From an uncultured virus (IMG/VR IMGVR_UViG_3300021599_001487) (lineage: Duplodnaviria; Heunggongvirae; Uroviricota; Caudoviricetes): a DNA stretch of 20,000 nucleotides. Shown here piece by piece: positions 1-5,553 of the stretch. The stretch lies in IMG/VR virus record IMGVR_UViG_3300021599_001487. One strand, written 5' to 3'. The translations under genes were made by a program, and so were the position numbers. The notes under the pieces were generated by a model that saw nothing but the letters and a program-made list of their open reading frames with translations, was not told the origin of the DNA and searched no databases. How positions within the stretch are numbered: position 1 is the first letter of the stretch; each line of letters starts with the position of its first letter.

Positions 1-88
1 TGGCGTTGGCTAGCGCGCGTACGGTGCAGTCGTTGCGCTCGCGCTCGGACGATTGGCCGCTGCATGCGGGCAGGATGTAGTGAATCAT
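1..88 (-). CDS. 5' part of a small phage protein (MIHYILPACSGQSSERERNDCTVRALANA...), runs off the window
   Basis: ATG at 88-86 follows the repeated ACAACAGGAG RBS leader and the frame is open to base 1. The NDCTVRALA motif resembles a common phage hypothetical family (recalled, not searched). Confidence 0.75.
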   Translation of the reverse strand, partial: MIHYILPACSGQSSERERNDCTVRALANA

Positions 89-103
89 GGTGTGCTCCTG
101 TTG

Positions 104-150
104 TGAAAGTGTACTGGCCGGGGAATTGAACCCCGGCCGCTGCACTCTCA
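104..150 (-). ncRNA. Intergenic internal-loop hairpin, copy A1 (possible RNA processing site)
   Basis: Minus strand UGAGAGUG-CAGC-GGCCGGGG-UUCAAUU-CCCCGGCC-AGUA-CACUUUCA. It lies between a stop codon and the next RBS and is repeated at 546-589. Confidence 0.65.
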
Positions 151-354
151 TGCCTCCCGGCGGGATAGCATAATGTCGCGAATGCTTTCGCGATCGACTG
201 AGTCGCCGCACCACTCCAGGCTTGCGTCGGGGCGGGACGTCAGCTTGATGGCGATTGCCTCGAGTATTTCCTGTCTTGTGGCGCTCAAGTCGTACAGGCC
301 CCCGGGCCCGTAGAACTCCAGCACGTAATCTACAAATTGCAGTGTGTCCGGCAT
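148..354 (-). CDS. Hypothetical phage protein, 68 aa
   Basis: ORF with the AGGAG RBS leader. FVDYVLEFYGPGGLY and GDSVDRE motifs look protein-like. Confidence 0.8.
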   Translation of the reverse strand: MPDTLQFVDYVLEFYGPGGLYDLSATRQEILEAIAIKLTSRPDASLEWCGDSVDRESIRDIMLSRREA

Positions 355-379
355 GGTGTTGCTCCTGTTGTGGTTGGTG

Positions 380-406
380 TCTTACTGGTTTTTCGTGGGT
401 ACTTTT
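380..406 (-). repeat. 27-bp exact direct repeat, copy C1 (putative early promoter)
   Basis: tcttactggtttttcgtgggtactttt is identical to 1954-1980. Both copies lie just upstream of an RBS leader. Confidence 0.7.
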
Positions 407-528
407 ACCTGCCAAACGAAAAACGTGCCACAAAAAACTAGGCGCGCGTACTCGATCGCCTCTCGTTTGGTCCTAAACTTTGGGCCTGTCGTTGTCTTGG
501 TGTTGGTCCCTGCCAGCCAGTATGCCAT
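382..528 (-). CDS. Hypothetical protein, 48 aa (MAYWLAGTNT...)
   Basis: ATG at 528 lies downstream of ACAACAGGAG. The ORF-track start at 585 falls inside the hairpin repeat. Confidence 0.6.
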   Translation of the reverse strand: MAYWLAGTNTKTTTGPKFRTKREAIEYARLVFCGTFFVWQVKVPTKNQ

Positions 529-545
529 GGTGATTCTCCTGTTGT

Positions 546-589
546 GAAAGTGTACTGGACAGCCCCGTAGGGCTGGCCGCTGCACTCTC
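546..589 (-). ncRNA. Intergenic internal-loop hairpin, copy A2
   Basis: GAGAGUG-CAGC-GGCCAGCCC-UACG-GGGCUGUCC-AGUA-CACUUUC. The base and internal loop match A1, but the apical stem differs and is capped by a C(UACG)G tetraloop. Confidence 0.65.
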
Positions 590-591
590 GA

Positions 592-1199
592 TTACGCCAC
601 GAGTTTGATCGGGATCACGCGATCGACGACGAAGCCCGAGACGTCGCGCTTGGCCTTGCCCTTGGCGTAGAGGGCCACGACGACTCCCTGCGGGTGTGCC
701 ACGGTCACGGAATACCACGGCCACGCGCATGCCGGCGCTGATGGCGCGCTTCGCGTACTCCGGGAAGGCACCGACGCCGGACCACGAGAACGTCAGGTCA
801 TAATTGGCCGGGATGTCGCGGCGGTTGGCGATCTTGGTGTAGTCGTAGAACTGCACGCCGGGGAAGCGATCAAAAATGGTGCGCCCGTCGTCTGTCTTGA
901 TCGTCTCCCAGCGGATGTCTGTCGTGCCGTTCAGGCGCACGAGCGGGGTCATGCCCTTGCGTTTGGCGCTGCGGACCAGCCGCTCGATGTCGGCCACGAG
1001 CACGCGCATGAACGCGGCGCGCTGCTCGATAAAAAACCGGGCCTTGGACAGTCGTGCGCGCTGGACGTTGGACATGGCGCCACGGCCGGCGCTGTTCAGG
1101 CAGGCCGCCTTGCACCCGGCCATGTCGGCCATGGGGCAGAGGTTGACGCCGGAGAGGTCCGCCGGGGCCATGTACAGAATGCCTGTCATGAACCCGTAT
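592..1199 (-). pseudogene. Gp88-family phage protein (Cys-cluster), apparently disrupted: start lost and frameshift near 694-700
   Basis: The main frame carries ILYMAP...NLCPMA...GCKAACL...GRG, VRLNGTTDIRWE, QFYDYTK, NYDLTFS and VAVVF. The family-like C-terminus PQGVVVALYAKGKAKRDVSGFVVD..* is in another frame, ending at TAA 594-592. An out-of-frame ATA sits where the other cassettes have ATG. Confidence 0.7.
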
Positions 1200-1221
1200 G
1201 GTGTGCTCCTGTTGTGGTTAT

Positions 1222-1273
1222 GCATCAGACCATCTCGCGATGGTTTCGGCCAATCAGGCCTCGTCAGTGATGC
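1222..1273 (-). ncRNA. Type I hammerhead ribozyme, copy 1
   Basis: GCAUCA-CUGACGA-GGCC(UGAUU)GGCC-GAAA-CCAUC(GCGA)GAUGG-UC^UGAUGC. The CUGANGA/GAAA core is complete, all three stems pair, and the GUC cleavage site is at 1228|1227. Confidence 0.95.
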
Positions 1274-1477
1274 TCAGTCGTTCCAAAATTCTACCGTGGG
1301 CTCGCCGCGCAGCACGCCCAGCACTGATATGCCGTCGCTGTCGTCCCAGCCCCAGTCCTCGGCGCACTGCTCTTTGCCCTTCTCTGCCGCCTCGTATGGG
1401 TCTGCTGCCTGTACGTGATCAATCCATGTGGTGCCAAAGCTGCCGGCCTCTCTGCAGAATACTGTGTACGTTGCCAT
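1274..1477 (-). CDS. Hypothetical acidic protein, 67 aa (MATYTVFCREAG...), flanked by two hammerheads
   Basis: ATG at 1477 follows ACAACAGGAG. The TGA abuts hammerhead 1. Confidence 0.8.
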   Translation of the reverse strand: MATYTVFCREAGSFGTTWIDHVQAADPYEAAEKGKEQCAEDWGWDDSDGISVLGVLRGEPTVEFWND

Positions 1478-1500
1478 GGTGTTGCTCCTGTTGTGGTTAT

Positions 1501-1552
1501 GCATCAGACCCGCCGCAGCGGGTTTCGGCCAATCAGGCCTCGTCAGTGATGC
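1501..1552 (-). ncRNA. Type I hammerhead ribozyme, copy 2
   Basis: GCAUCA-CUGACGA-GGCC(UGAUU)GGCC-GAAA-CCCGC(UGCG)GCGGG-UC^UGAUGC. Stem III co-varies with copy 1. Cleavage site at 1507|1506. Confidence 0.95.
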
Positions 1553-1560
1553 TGGCGCTG

Positions 1561-1695
1561 TTATACGCAGTAGCCCTCGCCGCGCAAAAATTTCGCAAGG
1601 GTTTCCGGTTCGATGTCCACCTCGTCGCAGAGGATGTCGAGGGGACAGCCTTTGTCCCATAGCTCGATGATTCGTGCCTGAATGATGCTGGTCAT
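1561..1695 (-). CDS. Small protein, 44 aa, possible helix-turn-helix (MTSIIQARIIELWDKGCPLDILCDEVDIEPETLAKFLRGEGYCV)
   Basis: Translated by hand. It has an ATGA overlap with the stop of the upstream ORF and an HTH-like residue pattern. It is below the ORF-track length cutoff. Confidence 0.65.
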   Translation of the reverse strand: MTSIIQARIIELWDKGCPLDILCDEVDIEPETLAKFLRGEGYCV

Positions 1696-1919
1696 TCTAC
1701 TTCAGAGACGCCCACGCCGTTGGCGCGAAGCCATGCCAAACACGGCGCCGGCACTTCGTACATGCCCTCATAGTCGAAGGCCTGTTTGGTGGCCGGGTCC
1801 ACGTCCACCCGGACGGCGCGCTCGTCGCCGAATTGCTCGTGCTCGAAGTAGTAGCCCTCGCCGTCGTCGCACTGGTAGACGGTGTACTTTCCTGCCATTC
1901 CAAGACTGTCTCTGCTCAT
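1692..1919 (-). CDS. Hypothetical protein, 75 aa, first gene of the leftward array
   Basis: ORF with an AACAGGAG RBS just upstream of the ATG. Confidence 0.75.
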   Translation of the reverse strand: MSRDSLGMAGKYTVYQCDDGEGYYFEHEQFGDERAVRVDVDPATKQAFDYEGMYEVPAPCLAWLRANGVGVSEVE

Positions 1920-1953
1920 GTCGTGCTCCTGTTGGTTGTGGTTGGTGTTTCCA

Positions 1954-1980
1954 TCTTACTGGTTTTTCGTGGGTACTTTT
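1954..1980 (-). promoter_or_regulatory. 27-bp repeat, copy C2 (putative early promoter, TAAGAT -10-like)
   Basis: Identical to 380-406 and located at the head of the leftward gene array. Confidence 0.55.
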
Positions 1981-2166
1981 GGGGCGCGGGCCGCTCTCTG
2001 ATGGCCGATCAATGCGCTACCCCAGCGCCGAGGCCTCGCACGCGCGTTTTTAGCCCCGCTGGCGGGCTGGCGCGCTGCCGGGTACCCCTGCCCTTGGCTG
2101 GCTGTGGATATCCCCGTGGTGGCCGTTTTCCTGCATGGTGAAATGCTGGCGCCCGCCCCGCCACTT

Positions 2167-2224
2167 TGGCACGATACTTGCTAGGGCAAGATGCGTGCCT
2201 GCGCAACATGGCACGATTCTTGCA
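2167..2224. promoter_or_regulatory. Cluster of three sigma54 (-24/-12)-like sites
   Basis: TGGCAC-GATAC-TTGCT (+, 2167-2182), AGGCAC-GCATC-TTGC (-, 2200-2186) and TGGCAC-GATTC-TTGCA (+, 2209-2224) match the TGGCAC-N5-TTGC consensus. Confidence 0.65.
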
Positions 2225-2231
2225 TGCCGGC

Positions 2232-2437
2232 ATGTTAGTGAGCGCACACTGACATATTGCGCGGCACCAAATAGGTTAGTGTGCGCACACTGGGGGTGCT
2301 GCGGTGCGGCATATAGGTTAGTGAGCGCTCGCTGGGGCTGGTGCGTTGCGACATTGCTGCGCTGCACAATGTTAGTGGGCGCTTACTAACATGGTGCGGT
2401 GCAACATCGGCAGGGCGGGCTTTTGCTGCGGTGCGTC
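2232..2437. repeat. Four imperfect palindromic GTTAGTGnGCGC repeats interleaved with TGC-rich motifs
   Basis: Copies at 2232-2255, 2275-2291, 2317-2333 and 2369-2392. Confidence 0.75.
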
Positions 2438-2555
2438 ACCCCTTTAGGGTCCTGTCCGGACAGGCCGGGGCGGGGCCCACACAAATCGCTAGCCCGGCAA
2501 TTTTTGCCGTATTTTTTGCTGTACGTGTAGAAGTATAGAGAAATGCATGAAACCT

Positions 2556-2576
2556 AAATGAGAATCGTTCTCATTT
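2556..2576. promoter_or_regulatory. Fur-box-like palindrome 1
   Basis: AAATGAGAATCGTTCTCATTT resembles the 7-1-7 Fur box TGATAATnATTATCA. Confidence 0.55.
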
Positions 2577-2649
2577 GCCGCGGGTAGCGCAGGTTGCCGC
2601 AGGTACGAGCAAGGATCTTTTTCTCTATACCGAAATTTTGCGTCAGAGC

Positions 2650-2662
2650 TAAGTCATTGATT
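2650..2662 (-). promoter_or_regulatory. IHF consensus site 1
   Basis: AATCAATGACTTA matches WATCAANNNNTTR. An identical copy is at 2844-2856. Confidence 0.55.
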
Positions 2663-2673
2663 TTATTAGGGCC

Positions 2674-2696
2674 CAAATGAGAATTATTCTCATTTG
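2674..2696. promoter_or_regulatory. Fur-box-like palindrome 2
   Basis: Perfect 11-1-11 palindrome CAAATGAGAAT-T-ATTCTCATTTG. Confidence 0.6.
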
Positions 2697-2815
2697 CCGC
2701 AGGTAGCGCAGGTAGCGCAGGTCTATGTAGACTTGATTAGCTTTTTTAAAAAATAAAAAATAAAATATCTGTATGGACCTGGAATTGACCCGCGCTACCC
2801 GCGCTACCTGCGGCA
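2695..2815. repeat. 29-bp inverted repeat of GGTAGCGCR units flanking an AT-rich core (origin-like or packaging-signal-like)
   Basis: 2695-2723 matches the reverse complement of 2787-2815 with two mismatches, and A/T runs lie between them. A related direct copy is at ~2576-2605. Confidence 0.65.
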
Positions 2816-2843
2816 TTTGACACTCTGCCTTAAGAAACAGCGC

Positions 2844-2856
2844 TAAGTCATTGATT
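2844..2856 (-). promoter_or_regulatory. IHF consensus site 2
   Basis: AATCAATGACTTA. Confidence 0.55.
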
Positions 2857-2866
2857 GTTCGTGGAG

Positions 2867-2896
2867 GGGCCTTATTTTTGTGGAAGGTGCATAAGT
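2867..2896 (+). promoter_or_regulatory. Putative late promoter RGGC-N17-TGCATAAGT, copy 1
   Basis: The motif recurs upstream of genes at 5519, 9857 and 13807. Confidence 0.55.
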
Positions 2897-2905
2897 GGTA
2901 TAGAG

Positions 2906-3130
2906 ATGAAACGAAAAAACCCAGACACCGGCGACGTGTTCCACCGGGGCGATACGCGCCTGGATGGGTACGTGTTCTTCGCCTACACCAAGAGGCGGAG
3001 ATCGGACGGACACTTCGTCGAGATATGGCTGCACCCCCTGGCATCGGAGAGGGCCACCGTAAACGACCGGCAAAGAAAGCGGCAAAAGGCACATGGCGAT
3101 ACCGTCAGACACGCCACTACCGACGCCTAG
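2906..3130 (+). CDS. Small basic hypothetical protein, 74 aa (MKRKNPDTGDVFHRGD...), possibly nucleic-acid binding
   Basis: ATG at 2906 follows the late motif. The protein is Arg/Lys-rich and overlaps the next gene. Confidence 0.6.
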   Translation: MKRKNPDTGDVFHRGDTRLDGYVFFAYTKRRRSDGHFVEIWLHPLASERATVNDRQRKRQKAHGDTVRHATTDA

Positions 3131-4067
3131 CGGGTGGGTGCTGGCCTCAGACCTTCGACCTGGAGACGTCCTGTTCAACCCCCGCGGCGGTACCCAGGCC
3201 GTTGGCTCTGTCCAGAGCTACATACCAACCGAGTGCTACCGGGTGCACATGTCGGACGGTACCAGCATCGTCGGCGACCGACACGCGGGCATGATGCTGC
3301 AGGACCAGCGGTGGCGCGAGAGGCAGCAGTCCTGGTTCAACAACCAGGGCAACAAGTTTGCACAGAAAAGATTTCGCCGCCCGCTAAAGAGGCAGACCTT
3401 CCTGGATCTTTACAAGGGACCGCTTTTGGACGCGAGGGGCCGCAAGAACTGGTCCCTGCAGGCCGTGAGCCCCCTGCAGTACCCGCAGGTCGACCTGCCG
3501 GTGCCTCCATACGTCGTGGGCCTGTGGCTGGCGACGGTCACCCCAACCAACCGCCACTGGCTACTGAACCGAGACTACAACCAGATGCAGAGACGGGTGC
3601 GAGAGGTGGGGTTCAGCCTGGCAAGAAAGAAGAAGGGCAAGTGGATGTTCTCCTTTAGGCCCGGCGTAAGGGAGTCGTTTATACACTCCGGGGCCCCGGT
3701 GCCGGACGTGATACCGCAATCATACCTTGAGAGCGACGTAGACAGCCGACAGGCGCTGCTGGACGGGCTATTTGACGCAAAAAGCATCAAAAAAGCGGAA
3801 AGCTCACGCGATGGTCTGGTGATACACGACAACTGGCGCTCAATACGGCGCAAGCAGCAGCTCCTGGAGGGCCTTGGGTACGTCACGAGGCTGCTACAGA
3901 ACGGAAAGAACACCTTTTTCTCGCTCTACTTTACGAAAATGTATGACAATGTCGCTAAGTGCAGACGTTTTGTTACAAAAGTTGAAAAAATTGTCCCAAA
4001 ACAGTGCGTACACATCGCCACAGACGGGGAGTTTGTCGCGGGAGAGGGATTTTTAGGTATATGCTGA
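3093..4067 (+). CDS. Free-standing degenerate intein-like (Hint plus LAGLIDADG-like) protein
   Basis: Intein block A/B-like AIPSDTPLPTPSGW...GD...YRVHMSDGTSIVGDRH. Endonuclease-like PYVVGLWL and IPQSYL...RQALLDGLFD. Block F-like FVTKVEKI...CVHI...FVAGEGF. There is no terminal His-Asn and there are no exteins. Confidence 0.8.
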   Translation: MAIPSDTPLPTPSGWVLASDLRPGDVLFNPRGGTQAVGSVQSYIPTECYRVHMSDGTSIVGDRHAGMMLQDQRWRERQQSWFNNQGNKFAQKRFRRPLKRQTFLDLYKGPLLDARGRKNWSLQAVSPLQYPQVDLPVPPYVVGLWLATVTPTNRHWLLNRDYNQMQRRVREVGFSLARKKKGKWMFSFRPGVRESFIHSGAPVPDVIPQSYLESDVDSRQALLDGLFDAKSIKKAESSRDGLVIHDNWRSIRRKQQLLEGLGYVTRLLQNGKNTFFSLYFTKMYDNVAKCRRFVTKVEKIVPKQCVHIATDGEFVAGEGFLGIC

Positions 4068-5497
4068 CCAAAAAACAGGAAACGGTACTCGCAAACTTCG
4101 CAAAAAACAACAAGCACTGGCCAAAGGCGCAGCTAGAGGCCGCGCTGTGGCAGGTCAGGTGGGAGCTGGAGGCGTTGGCGCACCAACGAGAGCCAGAGGA
4201 CGGCGAGTACGACACGTTTCTGATGCTGGCAGGGCGAGGGTCGGGCAAGACGCACACCGCGAGCCACTGGATTGGGATACGGGCATGGAAATACGCCGGC
4301 ACGAGGTGGCTCGTCACGGCACCGACGTCGAACGACATACGCGCGACGTGCTTTGAGGGTGACTCGGGCCTGATGAACATCATACCGTCTTCGCTGATAC
4401 AGGACTACAACAAATCGCTCTTTGAGATCACGCTAACCAACGGCTCGATCATACAGGGCATACCCGGCTCAGAGCCAGAGCGCTACCGGGGCAAGCAGTA
4501 CCACGGGGCCTGGTTCGACGAGCTGTGCGCGTTTGAGTACATCGACGACGCATACGACCAGGTACAGTTCACGCTGCGACTGAGGCACCCAGACATCGCG
4601 CGGGTGCAGCAGATCATCACCACCACCCCAAAACCTAAAGAGCTCATCGTAGACCTCAACGATGGCAAGGTCGGCGGGGACGTGTACGTCGTAAACGCCA
4701 GCTCCTACGACAACCGACAAAACCTCTCGGCGACGTTTTTCAAGCAGCTCGAGACGTACGAGGGCACCGACCTCGGCAAGCAGGAGATCTACGGCGAGAT
4801 CCTGGACCCAGAAGATGCCGGTATCGTAAAACGGAAGTGGTTCAGGATGTGGCCCTCCAAGAAGGAGACGCCTACCCTGGAGTATGTCATCGCAAGCTAC
4901 GACCCGGCCACGAGCGAGAAGACGCACAACGACCCAACGGCCTGCACGGTGTGGGGCGTCTTCGAGCAACAGGACGCGGGCACGTCGCTCATACTGCTAG
5001 ACGCGTGGGACGGTCACCTGGCCTACCCAGAGCTGCGCAAAAAAGTAATCAACGACTTCAAGGAGGTGGTGTACGGGGCGGACAACACGTTTGCCAAGGG
5101 CAGGAAGGCCGACCTGATACTGATGGAGGACAAATCGGCCGGTATATCCCTGATACAAGAGCTTCAGATGGCCGGCGTCCCGGTCCGGGCCTACAACCCA
5201 GGCCGCGCGGACAAGGTACAGCGCGTCAACATCGTGGCGCCCCTGATCGCCAAGGGCAAGGTGTTTGTGCCGGAGGATGCCAAGAAGGACGGGGAGTACG
5301 CCGAGTGGACCAAGAGATTTATGCGCCAGGTCTGTGCCTTCCCGGAATCTGGCGGCCACGACGACTACGTCGACAGCCTGTCGCAGGCGCTGCGCGTACT
5401 GCGAGACTCTGGGTGGGTACAGCTAGACCCCCTGCCGCCGCGGGACTACTCCTACGCCGACGACAAAAAGACCCGAGCCAACCCATACGCGCAGTGA
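4061..5497 (+). CDS. terL: Terminase large subunit
   Basis: Walker A AGRGSGKT, Walker B AWFDE, coupling motif ITTTP, and nuclease motifs YDPA and HDDYVDSLSQA. The likely start is ATG 4061, overlapping the upstream stop. Confidence 0.95.
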   Translation: MLTKKQETVLANFAKNNKHWPKAQLEAALWQVRWELEALAHQREPEDGEYDTFLMLAGRGSGKTHTASHWIGIRAWKYAGTRWLVTAPTSNDIRATCFEGDSGLMNIIPSSLIQDYNKSLFEITLTNGSIIQGIPGSEPERYRGKQYHGAWFDELCAFEYIDDAYDQVQFTLRLRHPDIARVQQIITTTPKPKELIVDLNDGKVGGDVYVVNASSYDNRQNLSATFFKQLETYEGTDLGKQEIYGEILDPEDAGIVKRKWFRMWPSKKETPTLEYVIASYDPATSEKTHNDPTACTVWGVFEQQDAGTSLILLDAWDGHLAYPELRKKVINDFKEVVYGADNTFAKGRKADLILMEDKSAGISLIQELQMAGVPVRAYNPGRADKVQRVNIVAPLIAKGKVFVPEDAKKDGEYAEWTKRFMRQVCAFPESGGHDDYVDSLSQALRVLRDSGWVQLDPLPPRDYSYADDKKTRANPYAQ

Positions 5498-5527
5498 GGC
5501 ACTTTCCTTTGCTTTTTGTGCATAAGT
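5497..5527 (+). promoter_or_regulatory. Putative late promoter, copy 2
   Basis: AGGC-N18-TGCATAAGT. Confidence 0.5.
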
Positions 5528-5553
5528 TGGGTTAGGGAGATAACCACACAAAC

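Noticed and set aside
115..139. tRNA gene suggested by the GGTTCAATTCC T-arm on the minus strand
   Set aside because: There are no D arm, anticodon arm or acceptor stem. It is the apical loop of hairpin repeat A, and the second copy has a different loop.
473..1225. 250-aa ORF as an intact gene
   Set aside because: Its start (MHNHNRS) lies in the hammerhead and RBS repeat, and its C-terminus is frameshift read-through across hairpin A2 and the next gene.
1478..1660. N-terminal extension of the 1274..1660 ORF
   Set aside because: It runs through hammerhead 2 and another gene. The RBS supports the start at 1477.
86..1980. CRISPR array or integron attC cassette array
   Set aside because: The spacers are whole genes of variable length. 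The repeats lack CRISPR periodicity and attC R-box structure, and no cas or integrase gene is in the window.
2048..2070. Hairpin as an intrinsic terminator
   Set aside because: The T run lies 5' of the stem on the plus strand, and no U tract follows the stem on either strand.
2232..2392. Mini-CRISPR array from the four palindromic repeats
   Set aside because: The repeats are short and degenerate, the spacing is irregular, and the spacers share a TGC motif.
2009..2850. Several short ORFs in the control region
   Set aside because: They have no RBS, their translations are low-complexity and repeat-derived, and they overlap regulatory motifs.
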